Shown: positions 45,182 to 56,036 of the stretch, piece by piece
Layout: every line of letters begins with the position of its first letter
Numbering within the stretch: the first letter of the stretch is position 1
Origin: an uncultured bacterium
Lineage (GTDB): Bacteria > Patescibacteriota > Kazan-3B-28
Direction of reading: 5' to 3'
Assembly (NCBI GenBank): GCA_963695435.1
Contig: OY968788.1
Span: 134,330 to 198,329 of the forward strand
Length of the DNA stretch: 64,000 nt
The notes under the pieces: generated by a model
What the model was told of the DNA's origin: nothing
Database searches by the model: none
Seen by the model: the letters and a program-made list of their open reading frames with translations, nothing else
Translations under genes and position numbers: made by a program

Positions 45182-48016
45182 ATGGAAGACACTACGACTG
45201 AACGGGGGCTTGTGGGCAGACACTTTACCAAAGAAGGCGAAGATGTTTTCGGTATGACCGAATGGGGGACGCGACAGGTTAGCTTGAAGGATACAGATGG
45301 CACAATGCTTCTCGATCGGGAAGTAGAATCACCGACCAATTGGTCTGAAACGGCGGTGACGATTGCAGCGTACAAATATTTGCGGAAGCGGGGAGTGGGT
45401 TCGCCGGAAGGAATGGAAATCTCCATCAAACAGCTGGTGCATCGGGTAGCGCACACGATTCGGATTGGCGGTGAGCAATTAGGACATTTGATTGAAAAAT
45501 CCGAAGCGGATGCTTTTGAGGAAGAATTAAAATTTATTTTGATGACGCAACGGGCGGCATTCAATTCTCCGGTTTGGTTCAATGTTGGTCTGTTCCACGA
45601 GTATGGTATTACTGGCAATTCGCAGAATTGGCATTGGGATCAAAAGAAAAATGAAGCCGAATCAGCGGTGAACGGATACGAACATCCACAGGCATCGGCA
45701 TGTTTTATCCAGTCGGTGAGAGATGACATGGTAGATATTTTTGATTTATTGAAAAAAGAATCGCAATTGTTCAAGTATGGTAGCGGCTCGGGAACTAATT
45801 TTTCTACATTGCGTTCCAAGTACGAAAGGTTGTCGGGCGGTGGAACTTCGTCAGGAGTGTTATCTTTCCTAAAAGTTTTTGATGCTGGTGCTGGCGCGAC
45901 TAAATCGGGTGGCACTACTCGCCGGGCGGCAAAGATGGTCATTCTGAATGTGGATCACCCGGAAGTCATGGAATTTATTCGCTGGAAGGCTCGGGAGGAA
46001 GATAAGGCCAAGATGCTAATCGAGCATGGCGGGCTCCCATCAGATTTCAACGGAGAGGCTTACCAGACTGTGGGTGGGCAGAATTCAAATAATTCGATAC
46101 GGGTGACGGATGAATTTATGCAAGCTTATCTAGACGGAACCAATTGGGACTTGCGTGCGGTGACAACGGGAGAAATTACTAAAACTTTGCCAGCGCGGCA
46201 GATTATGCGGGAAATTGCTCAAGCGGCGTGGCGATGCGCTGATCCGGGGATGCAATACGATACCACGATCAACAAATGGAACACATGCAAGGTCAGTGGT
46301 CGGATAAATGCCAGTAACCCATGCAGCGAATATATGTTTCTAGACGATTCGGCATGCAATTTGGCATCAATCAACCTGGTGAAATATTTGAAGGATGACG
46401 GAACATTTGATGTTGAGGGATACCGTCATACGGTGGACATTATGGTTACCGCTCAAGAAATTCTGGTTGATTTTTCATCGTATCCGGGGGAAACGATTGC
46501 TGAAAATTCTCATGAGTTTAGACCATTGGGATTGGGGTATGCCAACCTGGGTGCGTATTTGATGCGAGTGGGAATGCCGTACGATTCCGACAAGGGGAGA
46601 GCTTTGGCTTCGGCAATGACAGGGATAATGACGGGCAGAGCGTACGGTCAATCGGCAAGGATTGCCAAGAGACTGGGTGCATTCAATTCATTTGCTCCGA
46701 ATCGTGAATCAATGTTGGGCGTAATCAGGATGCACCAGACGGCGGCTTACGCAGTTGATGCAGGCAGTCTTGTACCGGAGCTTTTTGCGGCGGTCAAACA
46801 AGATTGGGACGAGGCGTACGCGCTAGGCGAACAGGCGGGTTATCGTAACGCGCAGGTGTCGGTGTTGGCGCCAACTGGGACGATCGGTCCCTTGATGGAT
46901 GCGGACACAACTGGCATTGAGCCGGAGTTTGCGTTGGTGAAGTATAAGAAATTGGCCGGTGGTGGCGGATACTCGATCGTGAATCATTCCGTCAGCGCGG
47001 CGCTGGAACATTTGGGTTACAACCAGACGGAAACAAAAGAGATCAATGATTACATTTTGGAAAACGGAACAGCCGAGGGCGCGCCGCATTTAAGAGAAGA
47101 ACACTTGCCGATATTTGATTGTGCCAGCCGAGTTGGAAACGGAGTTCGGTTTATTCGGCCGATGGCGCATGTTGAAATGATGTCGGCGGTTCAGCCATTT
47201 ATCAGCGGAGCAATTAGCAAAACAGTAAATATGCCGGAAGAAACAACGGTAGAAGAAATCGAACAAATTTATGTTGAAGCATGGAAGGCGGGGATAAAAG
47301 CGCTGGCGTTGTATCGTGATAATTGCAAAGCATCACAACCGTTGACGGTGAAGAAAAAAGATGAAGAAAAAGATTCCAAAGAAACGGAATTATTGAAACC
47401 GCAGGAAGCTGATATGCCCAAAACTCGTCGGGGGCTGACGCATAGTTTTGTGGTGGGCAATCACAAAGTTTATATCACCGCCAATCATTACGCTGACGGT
47501 CGGTTGGGAGAGATTTTCCTAAGAACTGCCCGCGAAGGTTCGGCATTCTCTGGGTTGATGGATACATTAGCGCGATTGCTGTCCAAAGCATTGCAGAGAG
47601 GTGAATCGGTGGAGTCGTTGGTGGATTCGCTTTTGAACATGCGGTTTGAGCCATGGGGACCAACTGATGACATGGATGTTCCTTTTGCCAAATCAATCCC
47701 AGACTATATCGCGCGGTGGGTGGGACATCATTATTTGCCAGTCGAGAGACAAGTAATGATGGGGATTATCGGTGAGGATGTAGCAAAGTCCTTGGAACAA
47801 TCCGATATCACTAATGTTAATGTGGCTGCGGTTGCTTCGGAGCAGGAAATGCCGGAGCCAATCCCGATGCAAACTTCGCTGGATATGATCCCAGATAAAA
47901 ATGGTGATGTGCGGGAAAGTAGCGCGCCACCCTGTCCGACTTGCGGGGCACTGATGGTAAGAAATGGCACTTGTTATTCGTGTCGGGAGTGCGGAACAAC
48001 AACAGGTTGCAGTTAG
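45182..48016 (+). CDS. nrdJ: class II (adenosylcobalamin-dependent) ribonucleotide reductase
   Basis: N-terminal FTKEGEDVFGMTEWGTRQVSL...WSETAVTIAAYKYLRK. C-terminal Zn-ribbon CPTCGALMVRNGTCYSCRECG. Confidence 0.85.
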   Translation: MEDTTTERGLVGRHFTKEGEDVFGMTEWGTRQVSLKDTDGTMLLDREVESPTNWSETAVTIAAYKYLRKRGVGSPEGMEISIKQLVHRVAHTIRIGGEQLGHLIEKSEADAFEEELKFILMTQRAAFNSPVWFNVGLFHEYGITGNSQNWHWDQKKNEAESAVNGYEHPQASACFIQSVRDDMVDIFDLLKKESQLFKYGSGSGTNFSTLRSKYERLSGGGTSSGVLSFLKVFDAGAGATKSGGTTRRAAKMVILNVDHPEVMEFIRWKAREEDKAKMLIEHGGLPSDFNGEAYQTVGGQNSNNSIRVTDEFMQAYLDGTNWDLRAVTTGEITKTLPARQIMREIAQAAWRCADPGMQYDTTINKWNTCKVSGRINASNPCSEYMFLDDSACNLASINLVKYLKDDGTFDVEGYRHTVDIMVTAQEILVDFSSYPGETIAENSHEFRPLGLGYANLGAYLMRVGMPYDSDKGRALASAMTGIMTGRAYGQSARIAKRLGAFNSFAPNRESMLGVIRMHQTAAYAVDAGSLVPELFAAVKQDWDEAYALGEQAGYRNAQVSVLAPTGTIGPLMDADTTGIEPEFALVKYKKLAGGGGYSIVNHSVSAALEHLGYNQTETKEINDYILENGTAEGAPHLREEHLPIFDCASRVGNGVRFIRPMAHVEMMSAVQPFISGAISKTVNMPEETTVEEIEQIYVEAWKAGIKALALYRDNCKASQPLTVKKKDEEKDSKETELLKPQEADMPKTRRGLTHSFVVGNHKVYITANHYADGRLGEIFLRTAREGSAFSGLMDTLARLLSKALQRGESVESLVDSLLNMRFEPWGPTDDMDVPFAKSIPDYIARWVGHHYLPVERQVMMGIIGEDVAKSLEQSDITNVNVAAVASEQEMPEPIPMQTSLDMIPDKNGDVRESSAPPCPTCGALMVRNGTCYSCRECGTTTGCS

Positions 48017-48050
48017 AGAAGAATGATGAATTACGAATTATGAATTAAGG

Positions 48051-48659
48051 ATGGAACAAGAAAGATTGGAAACAATTGAGCGGGAGGATTATGAGCAACG
48101 GCTTGAAGAGGCGGAAGCGTTGTGGAGGATTTTGGCTGCCCGTATAAACATACTCGTTCATGAGGGGATTTTTACTTCTCGCGAAGCTCAACTGTGGTTT
48201 GATGAGGAAGAAAATTGCAAGGCTCATCCGGAATGGGTGCAGGGATTGTTGGACCATTTAGGGGATTTCGAGGATTCAGGAGAGGCTGTTTTGGAAAGGG
48301 TTAGAGATATTTTGGAGAGCTCTCTTTTTTCTAGCAAAGAAAGAGCTGTGTATATGCGGTACGCCGAAGAAGCGAGTTATTGGGAGAAGTTAGCTCTGGT
48401 GGGTAAGTTGGAGTTGGTGGTGGAAAAGCGTTTGAAAGAGAAGGAAGAAGCTAAAAAAATAAAGTACAAATCTATTACGGAACTGATGGATAAAATTAAA
48501 GTGGCAATTTCTGGTGGTCGGTTAGATGAAGCGACTGCACTTTTGTCGGGAATGAATCCTGCTGAAAATCCTGTTGGATACGAAAAATTGAGTCGCGACT
48601 TAGAAAGAGAGAAGATTGTCCAAACTCGCAATCAAATCAACGCAATGATGGCGGCGTAA
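48051..48659 (+). CDS. hypothetical protein (202 aa)
   Basis: ORF, no recognised domain. Confidence 0.5.
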   Translation: MEQERLETIEREDYEQRLEEAEALWRILAARINILVHEGIFTSREAQLWFDEEENCKAHPEWVQGLLDHLGDFEDSGEAVLERVRDILESSLFSSKERAVYMRYAEEASYWEKLALVGKLELVVEKRLKEKEEAKKIKYKSITELMDKIKVAISGGRLDEATALLSGMNPAENPVGYEKLSRDLEREKIVQTRNQINAMMAA

Positions 48660-48710
48660 GGAGGGGGATAATCCAACAATTCGTCAATTCAACAATTGGG
48701 GGAGGCAACA

Positions 48711-48929
48711 ATGAGAATTAAAGTAAAAGTTATTACTAGGGCTTCTCGGAATGCAATTGAAAAAATTTCCGATGAAAGTTTTCGGGTTTGGGTGACGGAG
48801 GTGCCGGAGAGGGGAAAGGCGAATGAAAAAGTGCGGGAACTACTAGCGCTTGAATTTGGGGTTACAAAAACTGCTGTTCACCTTACAAGAGGGCAGACCT
48901 CCAGCCAGAAGGTATTTGAGATAGGGTAG
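48711..48929 (+). CDS. DUF167/YggU-family protein
   Basis: IKVKVITRASRNAI...VTEVPERGKANEKVRELLALEFGV..VHLTRGQTSSQKV. Confidence 0.7.
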   Translation: MRIKVKVITRASRNAIEKISDESFRVWVTEVPERGKANEKVRELLALEFGVTKTAVHLTRGQTSSQKVFEIG

Positions 48930-49009
48930 GGGGTATAAGGAGAAAAGTTTGACCTAGAGCGGGTTTTTTGATACAGTGGGGGCATTCTAATTCAGAGAGG
49001 GGGTCTGAT

Positions 49010-49420
49010 ATGGACCTTATTATTGTTTGGGTTGCCATCTTGGTTTTGGGCGGCATAATTGTCGTCACCAAGTGGGCTTTTCCGAAGAAGGTTGCGGCTG
49101 GTCTCTCGCTGGTCTCGGTTTCTGCCGAGGCTTCGCCAGAGGGAAGGGCGGCGACGGTGCAATTGGCTTATAGCGGACTTCCGGCAGAGGGTGAACAAGC
49201 CCTCGAGACAAAAGAGACTGCCAAGCCTGCCTGGTACTTGGTCGCGCTAAAGCCAAGTAGTCGTCGACATCTTCAGCGTCGTCTTCCTAAGAGGCTTCGT
49301 AAGGCAGAACCGATGAGAGTTGTGGCGACTAACCCGTTTGACGCGAAGGAGTCGCTCGCTTGTCGGCATTCCTTAGGAACGAAGCACTTTATGGCGCTTC
49401 GTCTGGAAGAGGTGGCGTAA
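49010..49420 (+). CDS. hypothetical membrane protein
   Basis: N-terminal TM helix. agagaggggg RBS upstream. Confidence 0.5.
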   Translation: MDLIIVWVAILVLGGIIVVTKWAFPKKVAAGLSLVSVSAEASPEGRAATVQLAYSGLPAEGEQALETKETAKPAWYLVALKPSSRRHLQRRLPKRLRKAEPMRVVATNPFDAKESLACRHSLGTKHFMALRLEEVA

Positions 49421-49707
49421 TGGCACACCAGGTCTGGGCGGTATTGTTTGTAGCCGTCGTTGCCGCCATTTTGGTGGCAGCATTCTTTACGCTTGAGATT
49501 CTCATCAACTTTTGGCCTTGGCCGAAGGGCAAAAGTATCAATTTTTCTAAGACTGATAGGTTTCTTTACAGTCTTGGAGAGGAGCTGGTTGATTTGGATT
49601 TCAAAGTCAAAAGTTCATTAGCCAGGCTGGTTTGGTATCGCAAGGCTGATAACCACTACCATGGTCGTCACAAGAAGAGGCCGAAGTATCGGGGGAAGTG
49701 GAAGTGA
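49420..49707 (+). CDS. hypothetical small membrane protein
   Basis: Start overlaps the previous stop (TAATG). TM helix. Basic C-terminus. Confidence 0.5.
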   Translation: MAHQVWAVLFVAVVAAILVAAFFTLEILINFWPWPKGKSINFSKTDRFLYSLGEELVDLDFKVKSSLARLVWYRKADNHYHGRHKKRPKYRGKWK

Positions 49708-49715
49708 TATGTAAT

Positions 49716-49772
49716 CTTTCGCCCAGCTCCCAGTTCGTACCGTTTCGGTACAACTGGAGCTGGGCTTTTTCT
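49716..49772 (+). terminator. rho-independent terminator
   Basis: cccagctcccagttcgtaccgtttcggtacaactggagctgggcttttt. Confidence 0.75.
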
Positions 49773-49833
49773 TTGTCCGTTAGGAGGAGGCAGATGGGGT
49801 ATAATAGGGGGGATATTTTTTAGATATTAGATT

Positions 49834-50376
49834 ATGGCTAGTCAATATACGGAACAACGGGTAGGGGTCTTTGTGGACGTCTCCAATATGTATTACTCCG
49901 CTAAGGCGATGTACCAGAGGAAGGTCAACTTCAAGGCGGTTCTGGAGGCGGCGGTGGGCGATAGGAATCTGATTAGAGCTATTGCTTATGTGATTCAGGC
50001 GGATATTCCTGAAGAGGGCAATTTCTTCGAGGCACTGGAGCACATTGGTTTTGAGGTCAAAGCCAAAGAGTTGCAGATTTTTTATGGTGGCAACAAAAAG
50101 GGCGACTGGGATGTTGGCATCGCAATGGATACGATTAAATTGGCACCCAAGGTGGATGTGGTGGTAATTGTATCGGGAGACGGTGATTTTGTGCCGTTGG
50201 TGGAATATCTGCAAAGTTTGGGTCAAAAAGTAGAAGTCGTGGCGTTTGGGCGGAGCGCGTCCGGGAAATTGCAAGAGAAGGCCGATAGATTTATTGATCT
50301 CGACAAAGACACCAGAAAATATTTGATTGTAGATAGACGCAGAACTGCTAAACCCGAAGAAGGAAATGGCATTTAG
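49834..50376 (+). CDS. NYN-domain (LabA-like) protein
   Basis: VGVFVDVSNMYYSA and VVIVSGDGDF motifs. Confidence 0.75.
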   Translation: MASQYTEQRVGVFVDVSNMYYSAKAMYQRKVNFKAVLEAAVGDRNLIRAIAYVIQADIPEEGNFFEALEHIGFEVKAKELQIFYGGNKKGDWDVGIAMDTIKLAPKVDVVVIVSGDGDFVPLVEYLQSLGQKVEVVAFGRSASGKLQEKADRFIDLDKDTRKYLIVDRRRTAKPEEGNGI

Positions 50377-53263
50377 GAAAGTTGATGCAAAAGCAGATTT
50401 CTCCAAACAGGAGGAAGAAATTCTTTCGTTTTGGGATAAAGAAAAAATCTTTGAAAAAAGTTTGGAATTGCGTAAGGATGCGAAACGGTATGTATTTTTC
50501 GAAGGACCTCCGACTGCAAATGCCAAGCCCGGACTTCATCATGCATTAGCGCGTTATTTCAAAGATTTGTTTCCGCGTTACAAAACAATGCAGGGGTTTT
50601 TGGTAGAACGAAAAGCGGGATGGGACACGCATGGGTTGCCTGTGGAAATCGCGGTGGAAAAAGAATTGGGAATTTCTACCAAACCGGAAATTGAAAAATA
50701 TGGCGTAGAAAAGTTCAACGCTAAAGCTTGCCAGAGTGTGTGGGAATACAAGGAAGACTGGGAGAAATTCACCCGTCGAAGCGGATTTTGGCTGGACTTG
50801 GAACATCCGTATATCACCTATGATGCGGACTATGTTGAGTCGGTCTGGGCGATTTTGAAGAAGGCATGGGACGATAAACTGATTTATCAGGGGTATCGGG
50901 TAGTGCCTCGTTGTCCGCGATGCGGAACAGCATTGTCGAGCCATGAGGTAGCGCAGGGGTATAAAGAAGTTGAAGAGACTTCAGTTTTTCTGAAATTCAA
51001 AGTTAAGGGCAAAGACAATACTTATATTTTGGCGTGGACTACTACGCCGTGGACATTGCCCGGGAATGTTGCGTTGGCGATAAATCCCACGATTCAGTAT
51101 GCGATAATTGAACATACACAGAGCCGAGAAAAGTGGATTGTGTCGATGGCATACGCTAACGCGTTGATGGCTAGCGGTGGGTTTGGTGTTCCGACACTTA
51201 TAGAAACCAAAGATTTGGTTGGTTTGGAATATGAGCCGTTATTTGATGGGGCAGTTCCGAGGAATGTAGAGAATTACAAAAACGCCTTTAAAGTATACTC
51301 GGCAGAGTTTGTGAATACGATGGAGGGTACTGGGGTGGTACATGTCGCGCCTATGTATGGCGAGGACGACTATAATCTTGGTGAAAAAGTCGGTTTGCCT
51401 AAATTCCATACGGTTTTGCCGGACGGGACTTTTGGTTCAACGGTAAAACAATGGGCGGGTCATCCCATCATGAGGCAGGGAGGGAAAAATCAAGAATTGA
51501 GTCAGGCAATCATTGATTATCTGCGAAATAATCAGTCATTGTTTAGGGAGGAGAAAATTACTCACGATTACCCGTTCTGTTGGAGGTGTGAAACTCCGCT
51601 TTTGTATTACGCATCTGAATCGTGGTTTATCGCGATGACTAAGTTGCGCGACAAGATGATTAAGAGTAACCAGAAAATAAACTGGGTGCCCGATTATTTC
51701 AAAGAGGGACGATTTGGCGAGTGGCTCCGAGAAATAAAAGATTGGGGGATTTCTCGCGAACGGTATTGGGGAACACCGTTGCCGTTTTGGATGAATACTG
51801 ATGGCGATAGCTTCTGTGTTGGTTCATTTGAAGAATTGAAGAAGTTAGCGAAAGATTCTAAAAAAGTCGGTGACAATTTTGATCCGCACAAACCGTTTGT
51901 TGATGACATTGTTTTAGTGAAAGACGGTAGGGAATATAAGCGAGTTCCCGAAGTTTTGGATGTTTGGTTCGATAGCGGTTCAATGCCTTTTGCGCAGTGG
52001 CATTATCCATTTGAAAATAAGGAAAGAATTGATAAAGGACTCGCCTATCCTGCAGATTTTATTAGCGAAGCGGTGGATCAGACTCGGGGTTGGTTTTACA
52101 CCTTGTTGGCAGTGGCGACGCTGATGGGCAAAGAAGCGCCGTACAAAAATGTGATTTGTCTCGGACACATAATGGACAAGAACGGAAAGAAGATGAGCAA
52201 GTCCAAGGGAAATGTGGTGGACCCGTGGAAGATTTTTGATAATTACGGTTCGGATTCATTGCGGTGGTATCTTTACACAATCAATCAGCCCGGTTTGCCG
52301 AAGAACTTTGATGAAGAAGGCGTGAAACAAGTTGTGCGCAGATTTATGTTGACGCTTTGGAATACCTATTCGTTTTTTGTGACTTACGCGAATATCGATA
52401 AGTTCGAAGCTAGCCGAGACCCAAAAATAGTGCCAAAGAATATTTTGGATCAGTGGATTTGGGCGAGGCGAAATCGATTGGTTGAGCAAGTTTCGAAAGA
52501 GTTGGACGATTACAACCCGATGCAGGCATGTCTTGCTATTGAAGCGTTTGTAGATGATTTATCCAATTGGTATGTCAGGAGAAGTCGACGCAGATTTTGG
52601 AAAGGCGAAAATGATGCCGACAAACAGATGGCTTATATTGTGTTGTATTCGGTCTTGAAGGATATGACAAAATTGTTGGCGCCGTTTATGCCGTTCTTGG
52701 CAGAAACTATGTATTCCAATCTGAAATCAGACGAGGAACCAATCTCGGTTCATCTGGCTGATTGGCCAAAAGCAGGAAAGGTGGACGAAAAGATTTTGGA
52801 GCAGATGAAGCTACTTAGGGAGTTAGTTGAAGATGGGCTCAATCAGAGGGAGCAGGCGGGTGTCAAAGTCCGCCAGCCGTTGGCGAAGTTTACGGTAAGT
52901 GCGTCGTCGGCTGATTTGCCCGAAGCGATGGAGGAGATTTTGAAAGATGAATTGAATGTAAAAACGATAGAGCGTGGCAAAGAAAATAAATTGGATACCA
53001 AACTAACCCCGCAGTTACGGTCGGAAGGACTTGCTAGGGAAATTGTGCGGACGATTCAAATATTACGAAAAGAAGGGGGACTCAATATTACTGACAGAAT
53101 AAAACTTTCATGGAATTCTGACGCAAAAGAAGTCAAGCAAGCGATGGAAGAATTCGGTGATTACATCAAAGCGGAAGTATTGGCAGATGAAATACTGGGA
53201 GGAGACGGGCAGGAGTACGCGATCAATGGCTTTATGGTAAAGTTGAGAGTGGAGAAAAAATGA
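50366..53263 (+). CDS. ileS: isoleucyl-tRNA synthetase
   Basis: PPTANAKPGLHH (HIGH region), CWRCETPLLYYASESWFI, KMSKSKGNVVDP. Confidence 0.85.
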   Translation: MAFRKVDAKADFSKQEEEILSFWDKEKIFEKSLELRKDAKRYVFFEGPPTANAKPGLHHALARYFKDLFPRYKTMQGFLVERKAGWDTHGLPVEIAVEKELGISTKPEIEKYGVEKFNAKACQSVWEYKEDWEKFTRRSGFWLDLEHPYITYDADYVESVWAILKKAWDDKLIYQGYRVVPRCPRCGTALSSHEVAQGYKEVEETSVFLKFKVKGKDNTYILAWTTTPWTLPGNVALAINPTIQYAIIEHTQSREKWIVSMAYANALMASGGFGVPTLIETKDLVGLEYEPLFDGAVPRNVENYKNAFKVYSAEFVNTMEGTGVVHVAPMYGEDDYNLGEKVGLPKFHTVLPDGTFGSTVKQWAGHPIMRQGGKNQELSQAIIDYLRNNQSLFREEKITHDYPFCWRCETPLLYYASESWFIAMTKLRDKMIKSNQKINWVPDYFKEGRFGEWLREIKDWGISRERYWGTPLPFWMNTDGDSFCVGSFEELKKLAKDSKKVGDNFDPHKPFVDDIVLVKDGREYKRVPEVLDVWFDSGSMPFAQWHYPFENKERIDKGLAYPADFISEAVDQTRGWFYTLLAVATLMGKEAPYKNVICLGHIMDKNGKKMSKSKGNVVDPWKIFDNYGSDSLRWYLYTINQPGLPKNFDEEGVKQVVRRFMLTLWNTYSFFVTYANIDKFEASRDPKIVPKNILDQWIWARRNRLVEQVSKELDDYNPMQACLAIEAFVDDLSNWYVRRSRRRFWKGENDADKQMAYIVLYSVLKDMTKLLAPFMPFLAETMYSNLKSDEEPISVHLADWPKAGKVDEKILEQMKLLRELVEDGLNQREQAGVKVRQPLAKFTVSASSADLPEAMEEILKDELNVKTIERGKENKLDTKLTPQLRSEGLAREIVRTIQILRKEGGLNITDRIKLSWNSDAKEVKQAMEEFGDYIKAEVLADEILGGDGQEYAINGFMVKLRVEKK

Positions 53264-53763
53264 ACAGGTTTCTATCAAACTTAATTTTAGGATTTTTTGT
53301 GCTGGCGCTAATGGCGGTGTATGGCTTTGCCAAGCAGCCGACAGTCTACAGCACGCTGATGGGTAAAAGTCAGGTGGCAACACAAGCGGAAGATACTCGG
53401 CGCGTAATTTTGCCGAATGGTACGACCATTGCTGTCGAGGTTGCTGCTACCGAAGCGCAGCAGAGCCAAGGCTTGGCAGGAGTAGAGCAATTAGAAAATA
53501 ACACCGGTATGCTGTTCACATTTGCTCAAGCGGGGGCTCATTCGATGTGGATGCAGGGGATGAAAACCTCAATTGATATGGTTTGGCTGAATGATGAAGG
53601 ACAGGTGGTGTATCTGGCAAGCAAGGTGCCTGTGCCAACAGAAGGGCAGACCGAGCTCCCGACTTACACAAATGTTGAGCCGGCGAGATATGTGTTGGAG
53701 CTGGCGGCGGGGACGGTGGAGTCTACGGATATAAAGGAAGGTTCGAAGCTGATTTTGTCCTAG
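53260..53763 (+). CDS. DUF192-family protein
   Basis: GLAGVEQLENNTGMLFTF...SMWMQGMKTSIDMVWLNDEGQVV...PARYVLELAAG. Confidence 0.75.
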   Translation: MNRFLSNLILGFFVLALMAVYGFAKQPTVYSTLMGKSQVATQAEDTRRVILPNGTTIAVEVAATEAQQSQGLAGVEQLENNTGMLFTFAQAGAHSMWMQGMKTSIDMVWLNDEGQVVYLASKVPVPTEGQTELPTYTNVEPARYVLELAAGTVESTDIKEGSKLILS

Positions 53764-53802
53764 TTCTTGCCAGAGTTGCCCAGAGGTGTTAGCCTGTAAG
53801 CT

Positions 53803-54114
53803 ATGACTTTAGCAGTGATAAAAACAGGTGGGAAACAGTATCTCGTTACCGAGGGCGATACTTTAGATATCGAGACAATAGAGGGAGCGAAAACTCCTTT
53901 GAAGTTGGAAGAAGTATTGCTGGTGGATGACGGTAAAACCACGCAGATCGGTACTCCTTTTATAGAGAAAGCATCAGTTGAAGCCGAGGTGGTTACTGAA
54001 CTCCGCGACAAAAAAGTGATCGTCTTCAAAATGAAACGGCGCAAGCGGTATCGCCGGACTCAAGGACATCGGCAGAACAAACTCCGAATCAAAATAACAA
54101 AAATCACCGCTTAG
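53803..54114 (+). CDS. rplU: 50S ribosomal protein L21
   Basis: AVIKTGGKQYLVTEGD. Confidence 0.9.
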   Translation: MTLAVIKTGGKQYLVTEGDTLDIETIEGAKTPLKLEEVLLVDDGKTTQIGTPFIEKASVEAEVVTELRDKKVIVFKMKRRKRYRRTQGHRQNKLRIKITKITA

Positions 54115-54125
54115 TAGCGGTGATT

Positions 54126-54776
54126 TTATAGATTCTTGCTGTATGCCGGATGAGGGATGGTGTGGAAGTCCTCGAACGGATAAATTACCACCCAAACCTT
54201 CCCGGTAATAAGATGGCGGGCAACTGGTCCCCACATCCGTGAATCAGAACTGTTGTTGCGGTTGTCGCCCATTACAAAATATTCGTCTTTTCCAAGAGTC
54301 CGTTTGACATTAGTAGAAGTGGGTACATTGATGTAGGGTTCATTCAAGAGAACTCCATTGGGGAACTTTGGGTTGTAGATAAATACTTGACCGTCTCGGA
54401 CTTCCACTGTTTCACCAGGGGTAGCGATGATTCGTTTGATGAAGGAAACAGCAATATTCTGCGGCCATTTGAAAACTATTACGTCGCCGCGGTGAGGCGA
54501 GCGGAAGCGGTAAGTAACCTGATCGACAATGATATATTCGTTGTTGTGGAAGTTTGGTTCCATCGAGGGACCGGAAACATAAAACGGCTGGATCAGGAAG
54601 AAACGAATCATAAACGCCACACCAAGAACAGTCGCGACTGTTTTGAAAACATCATAAATAAACAGCGCAGTTGCGACTACGACCGTTAGCCAAGCACTGC
54701 GACGAGGAACTCGCTGGTGTTGGTGAGACGACTTGTGCCCTCCGTCATCGACGGATTCGAACATATCTTCGACCAT
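54126..54776 (-). CDS. lepB: signal peptidase I
   Basis: GPSMEPNF (catalytic Ser box), GDNRNNSSDSRMWG. Confidence 0.9.
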   Translation of the reverse strand: MVEDMFESVDDGGHKSSHQHQRVPRRSAWLTVVVATALFIYDVFKTVATVLGVAFMIRFFLIQPFYVSGPSMEPNFHNNEYIIVDQVTYRFRSPHRGDVIVFKWPQNIAVSFIKRIIATPGETVEVRDGQVFIYNPKFPNGVLLNEPYINVPTSTNVKRTLGKDEYFVMGDNRNNSSDSRMWGPVARHLITGKVWVVIYPFEDFHTIPHPAYSKNL

Positions 54777-54847
54777 AAGTTTTCACAAATTCCTTTTCAT
54801 TATATAGTACAACTTACTTTTGTGGTTATAATTTAGATGTTTCGTTT

Positions 54848-54924
54848 GGGCTTGTAGCTCAGTTGGTTAGAGCGTTCGGTTCACATCCGAAAGGTCACTG
54901 GTTCGAGTCCAGTCAGGCCCACCA
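54848..54924 (+). tRNA. tRNA-Val (anticodon CAC)
   Basis: Acceptor gggcttg/caggccc, D-arm gctcagttggttagagc, anticodon loop ttcacat, T-arm actgg-ttcgagt-ccagt, CCA. Confidence 0.85.
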
Positions 54925-55100
54925 CGTCGTCGAAATGGCTTCACGCTACGCACGAGCTCGACAAGTTTGCTCGGCTATTGGCGTTCAGCATTTCTCCTCT
55001 CCCCAAAATGTTCGCTACGCTGGAACATTTCGGGGACCCCATTTTAGGGCTCCTTGGTTTGCGATTTTGGCTTTGGGACTGGGGAAGGTTGACTTATGGG
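54925..55100 (+). repeat. post-tRNA conserved element, family B copy 2 (ends in ttgact-17-taagat promoter-like region)
   Basis: cgtcgaaatggcttc...cggctattggcgttcagcatttctcct...ccttggtttgcgattttggctt...gttgac parallels 19639-19800. Confidence 0.75.
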
Positions 55101-55262
55101 GGAGAGTCGGATAAGATGCCGACTGTATATTAACGCACCCCGCCATTTTTACTTATCGGTAAAACGACAGAGTAAAATCGTCCACTCCTGCTGATTACTA
55201 GATAATTAGCTCAGGACGAAACACTAAAATGGCGAGGGGAGGTATAAAAAGGAGAATTAGGT

Positions 55263-56036
55263 ATGAAGCAGAATATTTCAGTTGAGGCGATGATGGAGGC
55301 GGGGATGCATTTTGGGCACCAAACGCATAGGCGTAACCCGAAGATGGACCCGTATATTTTTGATGCCCGCTCGGGTATTCACATTATTGATCTGACCAAA
55401 TCCATGCCAATGTTGGAAAGAGCGTTGGAGTTTGCGCGGGAAACTGTTTCAGAGGGCAAGCAAGTTTTGTTTGTCGGCACTAAGAAGCAAGCTGGAGGCA
55501 TTATCAAAGCACACGCAACAGAATGCGGAATGCCGTATGTAGATGAGAGATGGATGGGTGGGCTTTTGACCAACTTCGACACATTGAAGAAAAGATTAAA
55601 GTATCTGCGCGAATTGGACGAGAAATATGCCAAAAATGATTTTGGCGATATGACCAAGAAGGAACGGGTGGAATTGGATCGTGTGTACAAATCTTTGAAC
55701 ATCACGATGGGAGGGCTCCGGGATTTGAAGGCTTTGCCGGCTGCAGTGTTTGTGGTTAGTGTTTTGCAGGACGCAATTGCGGTGCGGGAAGCTAAGAAGC
55801 TAAAACTCCCTGTCGTTGCTATGGTGGACACCAACGGCGATCCAACATCGGTTACTTATCCGATTCCTTCTAATGATGATGCCAAGAAAGCGATCGATTA
55901 TGTGGTTAGTCTAATGGCGGAAGCGTGTTCTATTAGCAAGGCTCCGGAAAAGACAGTTGAGAAGAAAAAGGAAGAAACGACTAGCACAGAACCAGAATTA
56001 GTCGCTAATATAGAAGAGGGGAATGATGGAAATTAA
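55263..56036 (+). CDS. rpsB: 30S ribosomal protein S2
   Basis: MHFGHQTHRRNPKMDPYIF. Confidence 0.95.
   Translation: MKQNISVEAMMEAGMHFGHQTHRRNPKMDPYIFDARSGIHIIDLTKSMPMLERALEFARETVSEGKQVLFVGTKKQAGGIIKAHATECGMPYVDERWMGGLLTNFDTLKKRLKYLRELDEKYAKNDFGDMTKKERVELDRVYKSLNITMGGLRDLKALPAAVFVVSVLQDAIAVREAKKLKLPVVAMVDTNGDPTSVTYPIPSNDDAKKAIDYVVSLMAEACSISKAPEKTVEKKKEETTSTEPELVANIEEGNDGN

Noticed and set aside
54863-55114. 83-aa ORF
   Set aside because: Lies over tRNA-Val and the family B repeat. The shared PWFAILA ending with 19551..19760 reflects nucleotide repeat identity, not a conserved protein.
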